Positions 9,461-18,964 of a DNA stretch of 64,000 nucleotides are shown here, piece by piece. The notes beneath the pieces were generated by a model that did not search any database, had not been told where the DNA came from, and saw nothing but the letters and a program-made list of their open reading frames with translations. A program made the translations under genes and the position numbers. Source of the DNA: an uncultured Candidatus Saccharibacteria bacterium (GTDB taxonomy: Bacteria; Patescibacteriota; Minisyncoccia; Phycocordibacterales; UBA9973). The stretch is from NCBI GenBank assembly GCA_964606285.1, contig CAZSFP010000001.1, positions 133,376 through 197,375 on the forward strand. Direction: 5' to 3'. Numbering within the stretch: position 1 is the stretch's first letter; every line of letters begins with the position of its first letter.

Positions 9461-10534
9461 TTACTTCACAATTCCCCCACCAAGACAAATTTCACCATCA
9501 TATATGACAACGGATTGTCCAGAAGAAATGAGTACAGGTTGTGAAAATGTAATATTGTCATTGGAGATAGTGCAATCAAAAAATTCTCCATGATAACGAA
9601 TTTGGGCTTGATACGATTTTGCAGGATCTGGAACTATTCGCTTATTCGCGCGAATAAGCGAATAGTTCGTCCGGGCTTTGGAAGATTCGTTTGGAGATAC
9701 ATGCGACACGGTAATCGTATTTTTTTCAATATCCTTTGCAATGACAAAATATCGAGGATCGTCACTTCCCTTTTTGGTAATCGTAAATCCGTGTCGTTCA
9801 CCAAGTGCAAAAAGAAATGCACCATCATGATGACCGATACTCTCGCCGGATTCATCAATAACATCTCCTGTCTTTGAAGAAATATAATGTTTGAGAAATG
9901 CCTTCATGTCGATTTCTCCGATAAAACACACACCCTGGCTATCCTTTTTTGTCGCAGTCGGCAAACGATATTTCTCTGCCAATTTCCGCACCTCTTTCTT
10001 TTCCAAATGACCTATAGGAAACAATATATGAGACAGATCATCTTGTGTTAGTGTCCAAAGAAAATAACTCTGATCCTTTGTGATATCCTTTCCCTTTTTT
10101 AATAAATATTTCCCAGAATCAATTTCATTTCTTGTATAATGCCCCGTGGCGATAAAATCTGCACCACGAGATTTTGCAAATTCCCAGAAAACACCGAATT
10201 TCACTTCTCGGTTGCACATAACATCCGGATTCGGTACGCGACCTGCACGATATTCGGCAATCATATAATCGGCAACACCCTTTTTATAAGCATCTTCAGC
10301 ATCACAATCAAGAAATGGGATTTGGAGATGGGCACAGACTCGCATTGCATCACGACGTTCATCACGCCATGTGCAGTCGATCCATTCAGGTGTCCAGGTG
10401 CGGATAAACACACCAACGACATCATATCCTTGATCTTTGAGGAGTGCCGCAGATACAGATGAATCAACACCACCTGAAACTCCGACAAACACTGTTTTTT
10501 TCTTTTGTTCCTGCGAAATCATATCCATAGTCAT
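9461..10534 (-). CDS. mnmA: tRNA-specific 2-thiouridylase MnmA
   Basis: PP-loop VGVSGGVDSSVSAALL; C-terminal VVIYDGEICLGGGIV typical of MnmA. Confidence 0.9.
   Translation of the reverse strand: MTMDMISQEQKKKTVFVGVSGGVDSSVSAALLKDQGYDVVGVFIRTWTPEWIDCTWRDERRDAMRVCAHLQIPFLDCDAEDAYKKGVADYMIAEYRAGRVPNPDVMCNREVKFGVFWEFAKSRGADFIATGHYTRNEIDSGKYLLKKGKDITKDQSYFLWTLTQDDLSHILFPIGHLEKKEVRKLAEKYRLPTATKKDSQGVCFIGEIDMKAFLKHYISSKTGDVIDESGESIGHHDGAFLFALGERHGFTITKKGSDDPRYFVIAKDIEKNTITVSHVSPNESSKARTNYSLIRANKRIVPDPAKSYQAQIRYHGEFFDCTISNDNITFSQPVLISSGQSVVIYDGEICLGGGIVK
9631..9668. repeat. 38-bp perfect palindrome GAACTATTCGCTTATTCGCGCGAATAAGCGAATAGTTC inside the mnmA coding sequence
   Basis: seen directly; shares the TATTCGCGCGAATA core with the 41516..41545 palindrome. 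Confidence 0.9.
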
Positions 10535-10588
10535 ACCATTATTTGTATAAAAATAAAAATCGCTTTCGTATAAAAGGTCAATATATGA

Positions 10589-11362
10589 CTATTCATGCGT
10601 AAGCGATTTTTCTGTTTCCAGATCTTCGTTTTTTTTCTTTTGTATTTCCAAAAGCAATATTTCTCCATGGATATATGCATTACAAATACTTTTTATACAT
10701 CCAATACCAGATTCCAATAGATACTCCTTTGGTATACTCACACCGGGAACATTGGGATATTTTTTCCCATGTTCGTGCAACCTCTTCAAGGATGACTTCA
10801 CCTGTAAGGGAATCTTGTCATGGCGAACTCCATGATCATCGATAAAATCTATCCAATAATCAACACCGTTCTTTTTATCATCACGGTCATTCGATCGATA
10901 AAATGTAAAGATTCGAAAAAATGGTGTGTACCCGGTTTCTGATTTATCTCCGAGTTTTTTAAGTTCGGGAGTAGTATCTACCAAGGCATTCTCACCTGCG
11001 GTTTTCATAAAAATGAGAAGTTCTTCTATATTTTTTTCAGATTCATATCCGTAGAGCTGCTCATTAATTTTTTTTTCCGCAAGATTCCATCCGACAATTA
11101 GATCATCGATTTTGAAAATATTACTTCCTTCGTTGATTCCATCAAAAGTACTTACTTTTTTCAATAAAATTCTTATTGTGTGATCTCCACGAAGTTTAGG
11201 AATAACATCATAAGGAACACTTTCATTTTCTTCATATTTTGAAAAATTTGAAATTTTCCCTTCTCTTTGCAAATAATCCAATTTTTTTGTAAATCTCTCC
11301 TGAAGTTGTGTATATATAATCTCATCTATAACATAGAATGTTACTAATGCTTTAATGTGCAT
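10589..11362 (-). CDS. hypothetical protein (257 aa)
   Basis: ORF between mnmA and the right inverted-repeat arm; segment WIDFIDDHGVRHDKIPLQVK is weakly reminiscent of a PD-(D/E)xK core (speculative). Confidence 0.45.
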   Translation of the reverse strand: MHIKALVTFYVIDEIIYTQLQERFTKKLDYLQREGKISNFSKYEENESVPYDVIPKLRGDHTIRILLKKVSTFDGINEGSNIFKIDDLIVGWNLAEKKINEQLYGYESEKNIEELLIFMKTAGENALVDTTPELKKLGDKSETGYTPFFRIFTFYRSNDRDDKKNGVDYWIDFIDDHGVRHDKIPLQVKSSLKRLHEHGKKYPNVPGVSIPKEYLLESGIGCIKSICNAYIHGEILLLEIQKKKNEDLETEKSLTHE

Positions 11363-11420
11363 GACTTTAGTATAAAGTTTTACACATAATACACGAAGTC
11401 AAAGGTTTCGTCAAGAGGGA

Positions 11421-11478
11421 TATTTTTCCTCCCCTGCGAAGGGGAGGTGGATTTTTGTAATCAAAAAGACGGAGGGGT
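11421..11478. repeat. 58-bp inverted-repeat arm (right), partner of 9400..9457
   Basis: ATTTTTCCTCCCCTGCGAAGGGGAGGTGGATTTTTGTAATCAAAAAGACGGAGGGGTG; followed by two further related hairpins up to 11556. Confidence 0.85.
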
Positions 11479-11556
11479 GGTATTTGTTTGTGTGGTATTT
11501 TTTCACCCCCTCGGCTTTTCAGCCACTCCCCCTTCACAGGGGGAGAAAAATACAAT

Positions 11557-12117
11557 CTATACCCTCTTGTAATTCATCATTTTTTCATAGACAAGTGCGA
11601 GCATTCTCGTATCTGCAAGTGCAGTATGCGCATTTTTGTATTCAATCTTGAAAAATTCACAGAGTGCGCGAAGTGAAAATCGTTCGATGTCGTTCCCGTG
11701 ACCAAGACGAGCAAAGGCTATAGAGATAGTATCAATCTTGTGATAATGCATTTTATTTTCAATACCAGTGGCCCAAAATGCCTTATCGATAAACATATAA
11801 TCAAAACATGCATTGTGTGCCACAAAGATACAATCCTTCGTTTTGTCGGCGAGCATCTTCATCGCCTCAGGAAGTGTGTAGGCAAATATCCAGTCTGCAG
11901 CATTGTACCCATTGACACGAAGTGCTTGCGGATCAGCATCAGCAATACGTTCCGGTTTTACTTTATATTCACATTCTTCGATATGGACAAGTTCGACACG
12001 ACCATCCGGATGCCATATCTGATCCATGAGTACACAACCAATTTCGATGATTTCATGCCGATCTGGATTGAGTCCTGTAGTTTCTATATCTATAAATGCA
12101 AGGCGGTGTGTTTTCAT
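11557..12117 (-). CDS. DEDDh 3'-5' exonuclease (DnaQ/epsilon-like)
   Basis: Exo I motif AFIDIETTGL, plus downstream Exo II/III-like acidic residues; 186 aa. Confidence 0.8.
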   Translation of the reverse strand: MKTHRLAFIDIETTGLNPDRHEIIEIGCVLMDQIWHPDGRVELVHIEECEYKVKPERIADADPQALRVNGYNAADWIFAYTLPEAMKMLADKTKDCIFVAHNACFDYMFIDKAFWATGIENKMHYHKIDTISIAFARLGHGNDIERFSLRALCEFFKIEYKNAHTALADTRMLALVYEKMMNYKRV

Positions 12118-12120
12118 AAA

Positions 12121-13140
12121 TTATTTTAAATATTTTTTCTTATTAGCAAGATGTCCAGCGTATGTTTCAGCATAATAAACGTTTCCATCAGGGGCATGAA
12201 GGTAATACAGATATGGAGATGAGACCGGAAACAATGCAGCTTTGATGGAGAGGAGTCCCGGACTTGCGATTGGTCCCGGCGGGAGACCTTTGTATTTATA
12301 CGTATTGTATTTTGAATCAAGAGCGAGATCGTCATGAGTCAGTTTACTGCTTTCTTTTCCGGTCACATAGTAAAGTGTTGCGTCAGCCTGGAGCGGCATA
12401 CCGAGTTCAATTCGTTTCCATAATATACCGGAGATAATACCCCTATCTTCATCACCAGATGCCTCACGTTCAATGATCGATGCCATCGTAATGATATCTT
12501 TGAGTGACGCACGTGACCGCGCAATGTCATCTTTGATCGGTTGGATCTTTCTATTAAATCCGGATTTAAGCGTACTCACAACATCTTCCATACTGACTGA
12601 TGGAAAGAAAAAATAGGTATCTGGAAACAGGTAACCTTCATCTGATTCAGTCATCGCAAGAAAAGTTGGTATATCTATCTGTGGAAATTTTTCATTGAGC
12701 AAACGAGCGATATCAGATCGTGAGTATCCTTCTGGGATCGTTACTTTGATCTGTTCCGTGCCATATTGGCCGCGTGTCATGCGGTATGCGATGACATATA
12801 CCGGTGCAGGAGATTTGAAAAGGTAATCCCCTGCTGCAATATTTCTGTCACTGCCAAATATGACCACCATGTGTTCAAAGAGCGGCACTGATCGGATTAC
12901 ATGTGCATCACGGAGTTCTTCAGAAACCGACCGCAGTGTTTCTCCTTGCTCAACGGTTATTGTTGTCGGAGCGATGAATTCTTTTGGTGCACGAATTAAT
13001 GAGAGATATATACCGACAAGGAGAAGAAAAAGGATTGTTACTCCAAGCAAAATACGGAACACGCGAGACAATACCTGCTCCTCTTCGATAATGCGGTCCA
13101 GGTCTTCGGACTGTCGAATGTTAAAAAAATTTTCTGACAT
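12121..13140 (-). CDS. mltG: endolytic murein transglycosylase MltG (YceG family)
   Basis: N-terminal TM helix; C-terminal YYVTG...YNTYKYKGLPPGPIASPG signature of YceG/MltG. Confidence 0.85.
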   Translation of the reverse strand: MSENFFNIRQSEDLDRIIEEEQVLSRVFRILLGVTILFLLLVGIYLSLIRAPKEFIAPTTITVEQGETLRSVSEELRDAHVIRSVPLFEHMVVIFGSDRNIAAGDYLFKSPAPVYVIAYRMTRGQYGTEQIKVTIPEGYSRSDIARLLNEKFPQIDIPTFLAMTESDEGYLFPDTYFFFPSVSMEDVVSTLKSGFNRKIQPIKDDIARSRASLKDIITMASIIEREASGDEDRGIISGILWKRIELGMPLQADATLYYVTGKESSKLTHDDLALDSKYNTYKYKGLPPGPIASPGLLSIKAALFPVSSPYLYYLHAPDGNVYYAETYAGHLANKKKYLK

Positions 13141-13143
13141 AAA

Positions 13144-14406
13144 TTAGAGAGGGAGATTCGCAGGGGCATCAACTTTTTTGGAATCAATACGCTGGAAGCT
13201 TGGTGTTTCAAGTACACGACCTGGGAAGTGAAATATCGTCGCTAATTCTTCGGTATTGAGTACATACGGCTTCCGATTGAACGGGTGATAAAACCACCCC
13301 CGGAGACGGTATGCTTTAAGCAATCCTGATTTCTTTTTTGGAACAACAGTACCAAAAAGATCTTCCCATGGAAAATCAACACCGGTTCCACGATCTCCTT
13401 TGAAACTATTGAAGTCAGTGGTCGTGTATTGACGAAGTATACCTCCCAATCCAGATGCAATACCGGCATTGTATTTTTCTTTACGACCGATATAAATTGC
13501 ACGGATACCAACATCAAAACCGAGTTTACTGATACTACGTTCGATAGCGTCGACAAGAAGTTTCTCATTTGGTGGCATATTTGAATATCCGCCGACCTTG
13601 TGTTTTTTCTTTTCACCCTTGTCGTCGTATTCGATTTCCTTGTCAGAATATTTCTTAATCATAGAAGAAACAAGATCTCGACCTTGTTTTTGCCAGCTTT
13701 GCAATTCACCTTTGCTATTCATCCAGCGATCTTGTGCAGCCCGAACAATGATTTGAAACCAGATTTGCTCTCCAGTACCAATGGAACCCATATATTCGAG
13801 AGTTGATGTGATCGGATCGATGCGCTCCGCTTCTTCGAGCCGTCCTACCGCCTGATCAAGACCGAAATCAATATAGGTCTTTATCGGATACGGATCTTCT
13901 TTTGCAAGGATGAATTCGGTACCTGACATTTCCCATGGACCGTCTTTGACATACGGCGGTACCACTCGGGTATAATCATCCACCTCAGCAACTTCAGCCT
14001 GCGGATACTGGGCATAGATCTGTGATTCGATGATCGATTTGAATTTCGTCTGTGTTCGGATAAAAAAATGAATATGACCTTCGATCGATGCGATCTCGAG
14101 TGAGAACCATGACCGGACACCACCCTGCCAAAACTTTGCCAGCCAGTTACCATGACCACCTGTCTGATAGAGCGCATTGAATACAAGTTCCATAGCAAGC
14201 GGTGACTTGAACACATCCTTTGGTATTTTAATCTCCATGAGCGACCATTTCATTTCAGAAATATAATGTGCGTTCACATACCGAATCCAATACTTCCACG
14301 CAAAGTAAACAAGCACCCCGAGAAGAATAATCGGCAAAACATATGAGGTTATAAGTGCGATATATTCTTCAGCGTAAAAAATAGGCGCATCAATAGTTGA
14401 AAACAT
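13144..14406 (-). CDS. hypothetical membrane-anchored protein (420 aa)
   Basis: N-terminal TM (ALITSYVLPIILLGVLVYFAW); large soluble domain with no assignable motif. Confidence 0.5.
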   Translation of the reverse strand: MFSTIDAPIFYAEEYIALITSYVLPIILLGVLVYFAWKYWIRYVNAHYISEMKWSLMEIKIPKDVFKSPLAMELVFNALYQTGGHGNWLAKFWQGGVRSWFSLEIASIEGHIHFFIRTQTKFKSIIESQIYAQYPQAEVAEVDDYTRVVPPYVKDGPWEMSGTEFILAKEDPYPIKTYIDFGLDQAVGRLEEAERIDPITSTLEYMGSIGTGEQIWFQIIVRAAQDRWMNSKGELQSWQKQGRDLVSSMIKKYSDKEIEYDDKGEKKKHKVGGYSNMPPNEKLLVDAIERSISKLGFDVGIRAIYIGRKEKYNAGIASGLGGILRQYTTTDFNSFKGDRGTGVDFPWEDLFGTVVPKKKSGLLKAYRLRGWFYHPFNRKPYVLNTEELATIFHFPGRVLETPSFQRIDSKKVDAPANLPL

Positions 14407-14454
14407 GCCTCAAGTATACCAAATAGAAAAGTCCGCGTGAAGCAAGGTGTGGAG

Positions 14455-14490
14455 AATAAAAAAAATCCCCGTGTAATACAGGGATTTTTA
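14455..14490. terminator. bidirectional intrinsic terminator AAAAAATCCCCGTGTAATACAGGGATTTTTA
   Basis: hairpin with A/T tracts. Confidence 0.65.
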
Positions 14491-14516
14491 TTGGATATAA
14501 ATTATTTGTTAAGGTG

Positions 14517-14978
14517 CTAAAGTTTACGATATTTTTTGTATGTAATAATATACATTCCTACAACAAACAACAGTATTTCTCCGCCAGCAATATACAAGAA
14601 ATTAAAATTTATGTCTGTGGTAACAGAAAAAATATCTCTTCCCACAAATACCGCTGCTGTTATAAACGGCACATGCAGTATAGCGATTGCAATACATGCT
14701 ATCAGAGCGGTTATACCATGACGGAATATTGAACTTCTTTTCTGAAAATCATTTTTTACAACATTACTAAATTCCTGAGCAATTTTAACAGTTAATATTA
14801 CTGTTCCGGCAATTGCAATCAATGTAATCGGACTGCGGTAGTTCACTGCCATATATACAACAGCGGATATCCATAAAAATGGAGAGAATAATCGGAACAG
14901 AGATACAAAAAGTTCTCCGATAAATTTTACATCTTCGTTTTTAAAGATAGTAATAGATAGAAATTGAATAGTTTTCAT
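14517..14978 (-). CDS. small multi-pass membrane protein (153 aa)
   Basis: Four predicted hydrophobic helices; start set at the internal Met MKTIQF because the upstream part of the long ORF overlaps the 15097..16134 gene. Confidence 0.5.
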   Translation of the reverse strand: MKTIQFLSITIFKNEDVKFIGELFVSLFRLFSPFLWISAVVYMAVNYRSPITLIAIAGTVILTVKIAQEFSNVVKNDFQKRSSIFRHGITALIACIAIAILHVPFITAAVFVGRDIFSVTTDINFNFLYIAGGEILLFVVGMYIITYKKYRKL

Positions 14979-15096
14979 GGTGCGGGGGTTTTGTTTTTGA
15001 TTTCTTCTAGATAATATCATACATAATAAATATGTCAACAATCTTATCTTTATATAAAAAATCCCCCATTTTGTGGGGAATTTTTTATGAGGAGTA

Positions 15097-16134
15097 TTAC
15101 GCAATCGTATATCGTCCGTCTTTTGTTTTTTTGAAATACTTTGGATTCTGGAGGTTGACAAGGATTGTGTTTTTCTTGAGGAAACGTTCCTTGAGAACTC
15201 GGTCAACGATTTCATCACGTGTAAGTGGTCCTTCTTTTTCGATGATGTCACGGATGACTTCTTTGACGATACCCGGCTTGTAGCCCCATTCTGAGAGACC
15301 GTAGGTACCACGGCCGACGAGGACGAACCGTTTGTCCTTGATGAGCTCGTTGTGGCATGTTGCAGGATGTGTACGTTTTGAAAATGTTTCAGAGATTGCT
15401 TTTGCAACTTCTCGGAAATGCATTGGAGAACCATGTTTTCGCATCATAAGAAATGCATAGTCTTTGATACCACGAACACGAACATTTGAAGATTCGGCTT
15501 TACCCCATTCACCAAGAGGATTCTTGCTCATCTTTTTTGAAATATTGAGATGACGACGTGCAATTTCTGCGTTTTTGTAATCAGCACTGATATCTTTGAC
15601 ATGAGAAAGGAATCGTTCAATCATTTCTCCTTCTGGGATAAGCGCGTCATCTTCGAGAGATGCGTAAAGATTTTTGAGTGATGTATGAATACTGTCTGAA
15701 ATATCAGTATCGATAGTCCAGCGAGATTTGAAATGTTCATCTTCTTTGTGTTTTGTAAATTCATCACCAAGCACGAGATAGAGGTGTACGTGGTTTTGAA
15801 TAGCAGGATCTTTTGAAATATGAGAGAGCAATTCTTCTTCGGCCAAAACACCACCGAGAGATTCGATGACATCGCGAAGTTCCTTGAACGATGCTTGTTC
15901 AGATTTGAATTCGTCAGATTTTTTGATTGCAGCAATTGCCGCATTCTCGATCTGGCGAACACGTTCTCGGGTAATACCATACGTATCGCCGATAGATTCA
16001 AGTGTTTTGCGTTCTGCGTCAGAAGTCAAGCCGAAACGATTGACGATGACATCATATGCCCGATCTTGGAGCGGTGAAAGAATCTTCTTTGTGACCTGTT
16101 TTGGTTTGAATGTAAGAGTTATTGCCATAAACAC
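15097..16134 (-). CDS. DNA-binding protein with an N-terminal sigma-70 region-4-like HTH and a C-terminal HARE-HTH domain
   Basis: LESIGDTYGITRERVRQIENAAIAAIKK resembles the sigma-70 region-4 signature; C-terminal RFVLVGRGTYGLSEWGY is the HARE-HTH (RpoE-delta-like) signature. Confidence 0.55.
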   Translation of the reverse strand: MFMAITLTFKPKQVTKKILSPLQDRAYDVIVNRFGLTSDAERKTLESIGDTYGITRERVRQIENAAIAAIKKSDEFKSEQASFKELRDVIESLGGVLAEEELLSHISKDPAIQNHVHLYLVLGDEFTKHKEDEHFKSRWTIDTDISDSIHTSLKNLYASLEDDALIPEGEMIERFLSHVKDISADYKNAEIARRHLNISKKMSKNPLGEWGKAESSNVRVRGIKDYAFLMMRKHGSPMHFREVAKAISETFSKRTHPATCHNELIKDKRFVLVGRGTYGLSEWGYKPGIVKEVIRDIIEKEGPLTRDEIVDRVLKERFLKKNTILVNLQNPKYFKKTKDGRYTIA

Positions 16135-16332
16135 TAAATAATTAAAAAATGATAATAAATTGATAATCCTGCCCTCCGTTTGCTCTATTTACAATATCAC
16201 ACTACAGAAAGTAAGTCAAAATACATTACCATACTATCTGTGGATAAGCAAGTTTTTGCCATAAGGCGAAAACTTGTCCTGAGGAGCTCCCCTCTAGTAC
16301 TCAGGGAGCGACGTAGGGCAAATGTAAATATA

Positions 16333-18111
16333 CTACTTACTTACCTGTTTCTTCCGTAACCGCACTGATTTTGGTGTGACTTCGAGATATTCATCCTCGG
16401 CCATAACCTCAAGTCCACGTTCAATCGAGAGTGTATACGGCGGTTTGAGTGTAATCGCTTCATCATTTCCAGATGAACGAACGTTACTCAAATTTTTACC
16501 CTTGATAGGATTCACTGCCATTTCTTCGCCCTTGGTGACGTTACCGACAACCATACCTTCATACACTTCTGTACCGTGTTCGATATAAAGAATACCGCGA
16601 TCTTGGAGGTTCCAGAGTGCATATCCTGCGGCCTTGCCGGCAACCATGGAAGTCATGGATCCGACATCACGCTTCTTGATCTCGCCGGCATACGGACGGA
16701 AGCCGATAACACGGGAGCCCATAATCCCCTCGCCTTTCGTATCGACGATGAACTGACTGCGGTATCCGAGAAGTCCGCGTGTTGGTATATCAAAGACAAC
16801 GCGAACCATGCCGTCTTTTTCTTTCATTGTAGTCATGAGACCGCGGCGCTTGGTGATCTTTTCAATAACCGCACCGGATACTTCACTCGGAATATCGACA
16901 GTGAGTTCTTCGTATGGTTCTTGGCGTTCACCATCGATTTCTTTGATGATAACTTTCGGTTGAGATACTTGCATTTCATATCCTTCACGGCGCATATTTT
17001 CGAGGAGAATCGCAATATGGAGTTCACCGCGACCATAGACAAGGAAACCTTCCGGTCCAGACTTTTCAGTTCGTTCCGGAGAGAAATCCACCTTGAGTCC
17101 AACGTTGATTTCGAGTTCGCGCTCGAGACGTTCACGGATCTGACGTGATGTAACAAATTTTCCTTCGCGACCAGCAAGCGGTGAGTCGTTGACGAGGAAT
17201 TGGAGGGAGATAGTCGGTTCATCGATAGCGATAGATGGCAGTGCTGGTGTTGCTTCATTGTCGACAAGTGTCTCACCGATATACACATCGGGAATACCTG
17301 CAACGAGAACGATCTCGCCCGCTCGCGCACTCTCAACATCTTTTCGAGCAATACCTTCAAATGTACAGAGTTTTGTGACTTTTGCTTTTCGGATTTCGCC
17401 GTTTGCTTTTTTTACAAACAAATTTTCAGCAGCAGTGATGTTTCCTTCGTAGACACGACAGATTGCGAGACGACCAAGGAAGTTGTCATAGCCCAAGTTG
17501 AATACCTGTGCAGAAAGTGGTTTGTCTTTTGCATCAACAGGAACTGCTTTGACGTGTTCGAGGACGACATCGAGTAATGGAAAGAGATCTTTTGATTCAT
17601 CTTCCATTTTTCGTTTTGCAATACCAGAACGACCGATCGCGTAGACTGTCGGGAAATTGAGTTGTTCATCGTTCGCACCGAGTTCCATGAAGAGTTCGAA
17701 CACCATATCGTGCACACCGACAGGATCTGCTGCTGGCTTGTCGATCTTGTTGATAACAACGATTGGTTTCAATCCGAGCTCGAGAGATTTCTTCAACACA
17801 AAACGTGTTTGTGGCATCGGACCTTCTTGGGCATCAACAACGAGCAATACTGAGTCAATAGATCGGAGCACGCGTTCAACTTCAGAACCGAAATCCGCGT
17901 GTCCCGGTGTGTCGACGATATTTATCTTTGTATCGCGATAATACACTGATGTATTTTTCGCATAGATAGTGATGCCGCGTTCTTGTTCGAGTGCGTTCGA
18001 ATCCATGGTGACATCATCGCCTGACATGCCGCACTGCTTCATGAGCTGGTCAGTAAGCGTTGTTTTGCCGTGGTCAACGTGAGCGATAATTGCGATGTTT
18101 CGGATTTCCAT
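16333..18111 (-). CDS. typA: translational GTPase TypA/BipA
   Basis: G1 [11 protein letters not shown]3 DTPGHADF, G4 NKID, and an EF-G-like domain architecture. Confidence 0.95.
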   Translation of the reverse strand: MEIRNIAIIAHVDHGKTTLTDQLMKQCGMSGDDVTMDSNALEQERGITIYAKNTSVYYRDTKINIVDTPGHADFGSEVERVLRSIDSVLLVVDAQEGPMPQTRFVLKKSLELGLKPIVVINKIDKPAADPVGVHDMVFELFMELGANDEQLNFPTVYAIGRSGIAKRKMEDESKDLFPLLDVVLEHVKAVPVDAKDKPLSAQVFNLGYDNFLGRLAICRVYEGNITAAENLFVKKANGEIRKAKVTKLCTFEGIARKDVESARAGEIVLVAGIPDVYIGETLVDNEATPALPSIAIDEPTISLQFLVNDSPLAGREGKFVTSRQIRERLERELEINVGLKVDFSPERTEKSGPEGFLVYGRGELHIAILLENMRREGYEMQVSQPKVIIKEIDGERQEPYEELTVDIPSEVSGAVIEKITKRRGLMTTMKEKDGMVRVVFDIPTRGLLGYRSQFIVDTKGEGIMGSRVIGFRPYAGEIKKRDVGSMTSMVAGKAAGYALWNLQDRGILYIEHGTEVYEGMVVGNVTKGEEMAVNPIKGKNLSNVRSSGNDEAITLKPPYTLSIERGLEVMAEDEYLEVTPKSVRLRKKQVSK

Positions 18112-18725
18112 ATGTTAGTACGTAGTTGGTAGTGAGTAGTAAGTAGTTAATACAAGTTGTATCAAATAAAAAAACGCGTTGAGCGCTTATTACAAGGAAG
18201 TATTCTACACGAAAATGATTTTAAGTCAAACAAAACTGTTGGCTGAAAAGTAAAAAAGCCCCCACGATACTTTCACATTCTTCCGATCCTTTGTCGAAAG
18301 AACAACGAGAAAATATTTTGTGTGGGGGCTTTTGTTTTGAACGTGCCTTAGATAGATGCAGTGCGCAGCAATAAAGAAGATTCTGAACGCTGTTTTTTTG
18401 CATCTGACCTGTTGTCCGTGGCTCTGGATACACAACATGTAAATTAAATAAAAGAACTTTTTCTTCTTTTTGAACATGTTTTTCATCACATGCGAGATGG
18501 CTAGTCTCATTGATATCTCCAAGAAGTTTCAGCCGTTTTTGGTTTTGCGATTACTTTTCAGTAATCTGGTTTGTAAATATACTATAAAGAAAAATACAAG
18601 GGATGCCGCTGGGACTCACTGAGTCTGAGCTTACACACGATTAACATCCAAGGACATCATATACTATTCGAGTCTATTTGTCAAGTACTTTGTAGATTAT
18701 TCAAAAATCCCCTTTATTTCCAATA

Positions 18726-18902
18726 TCACCTTTCTTCATCAGGATGCCAATCCCATTCACATCTTCTGTCTATTTTTTTGCGTTCAATTCTTGCGTCTTC
18801 TCTTATTCGTTCTTCTGCTCTTTTGTTTACTTCTTCAAATCTTTTTTCAAAAGAACCCTCTGTAGGACGATATATATCTACATCATTGGAATTTTTACTC
18901 AT
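18726..18902 (-). CDS. possible small highly charged protein (58 aa) MSKNSNDVDIYRPTEGSFEKRFEEVNKRAEERIREDARIERKKIDRRCEWDWHPDEER
   Basis: ORF below the 60-aa track cutoff, read manually from the minus strand in an otherwise gene-free 850-bp gap. Confidence 0.25.
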   Translation of the reverse strand: MSKNSNDVDIYRPTEGSFEKRFEEVNKRAEERIREDARIERKKIDRRCEWDWHPDEER

Positions 18903-18964
18903 GACAAAACGGTATTTGTGATTTTTGTTTCAGTCTAGAATTTTACCCCACTGTTGTCAATAAA

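Noticed and set aside
11367-11676. Track ORFs 11367..11555 (-) and 11488..11676 (+)
   Set aside because: These are translations of the tandem hairpin/inverted-repeat region (Pro/Gly-rich low-complexity peptides), so they are not genes.
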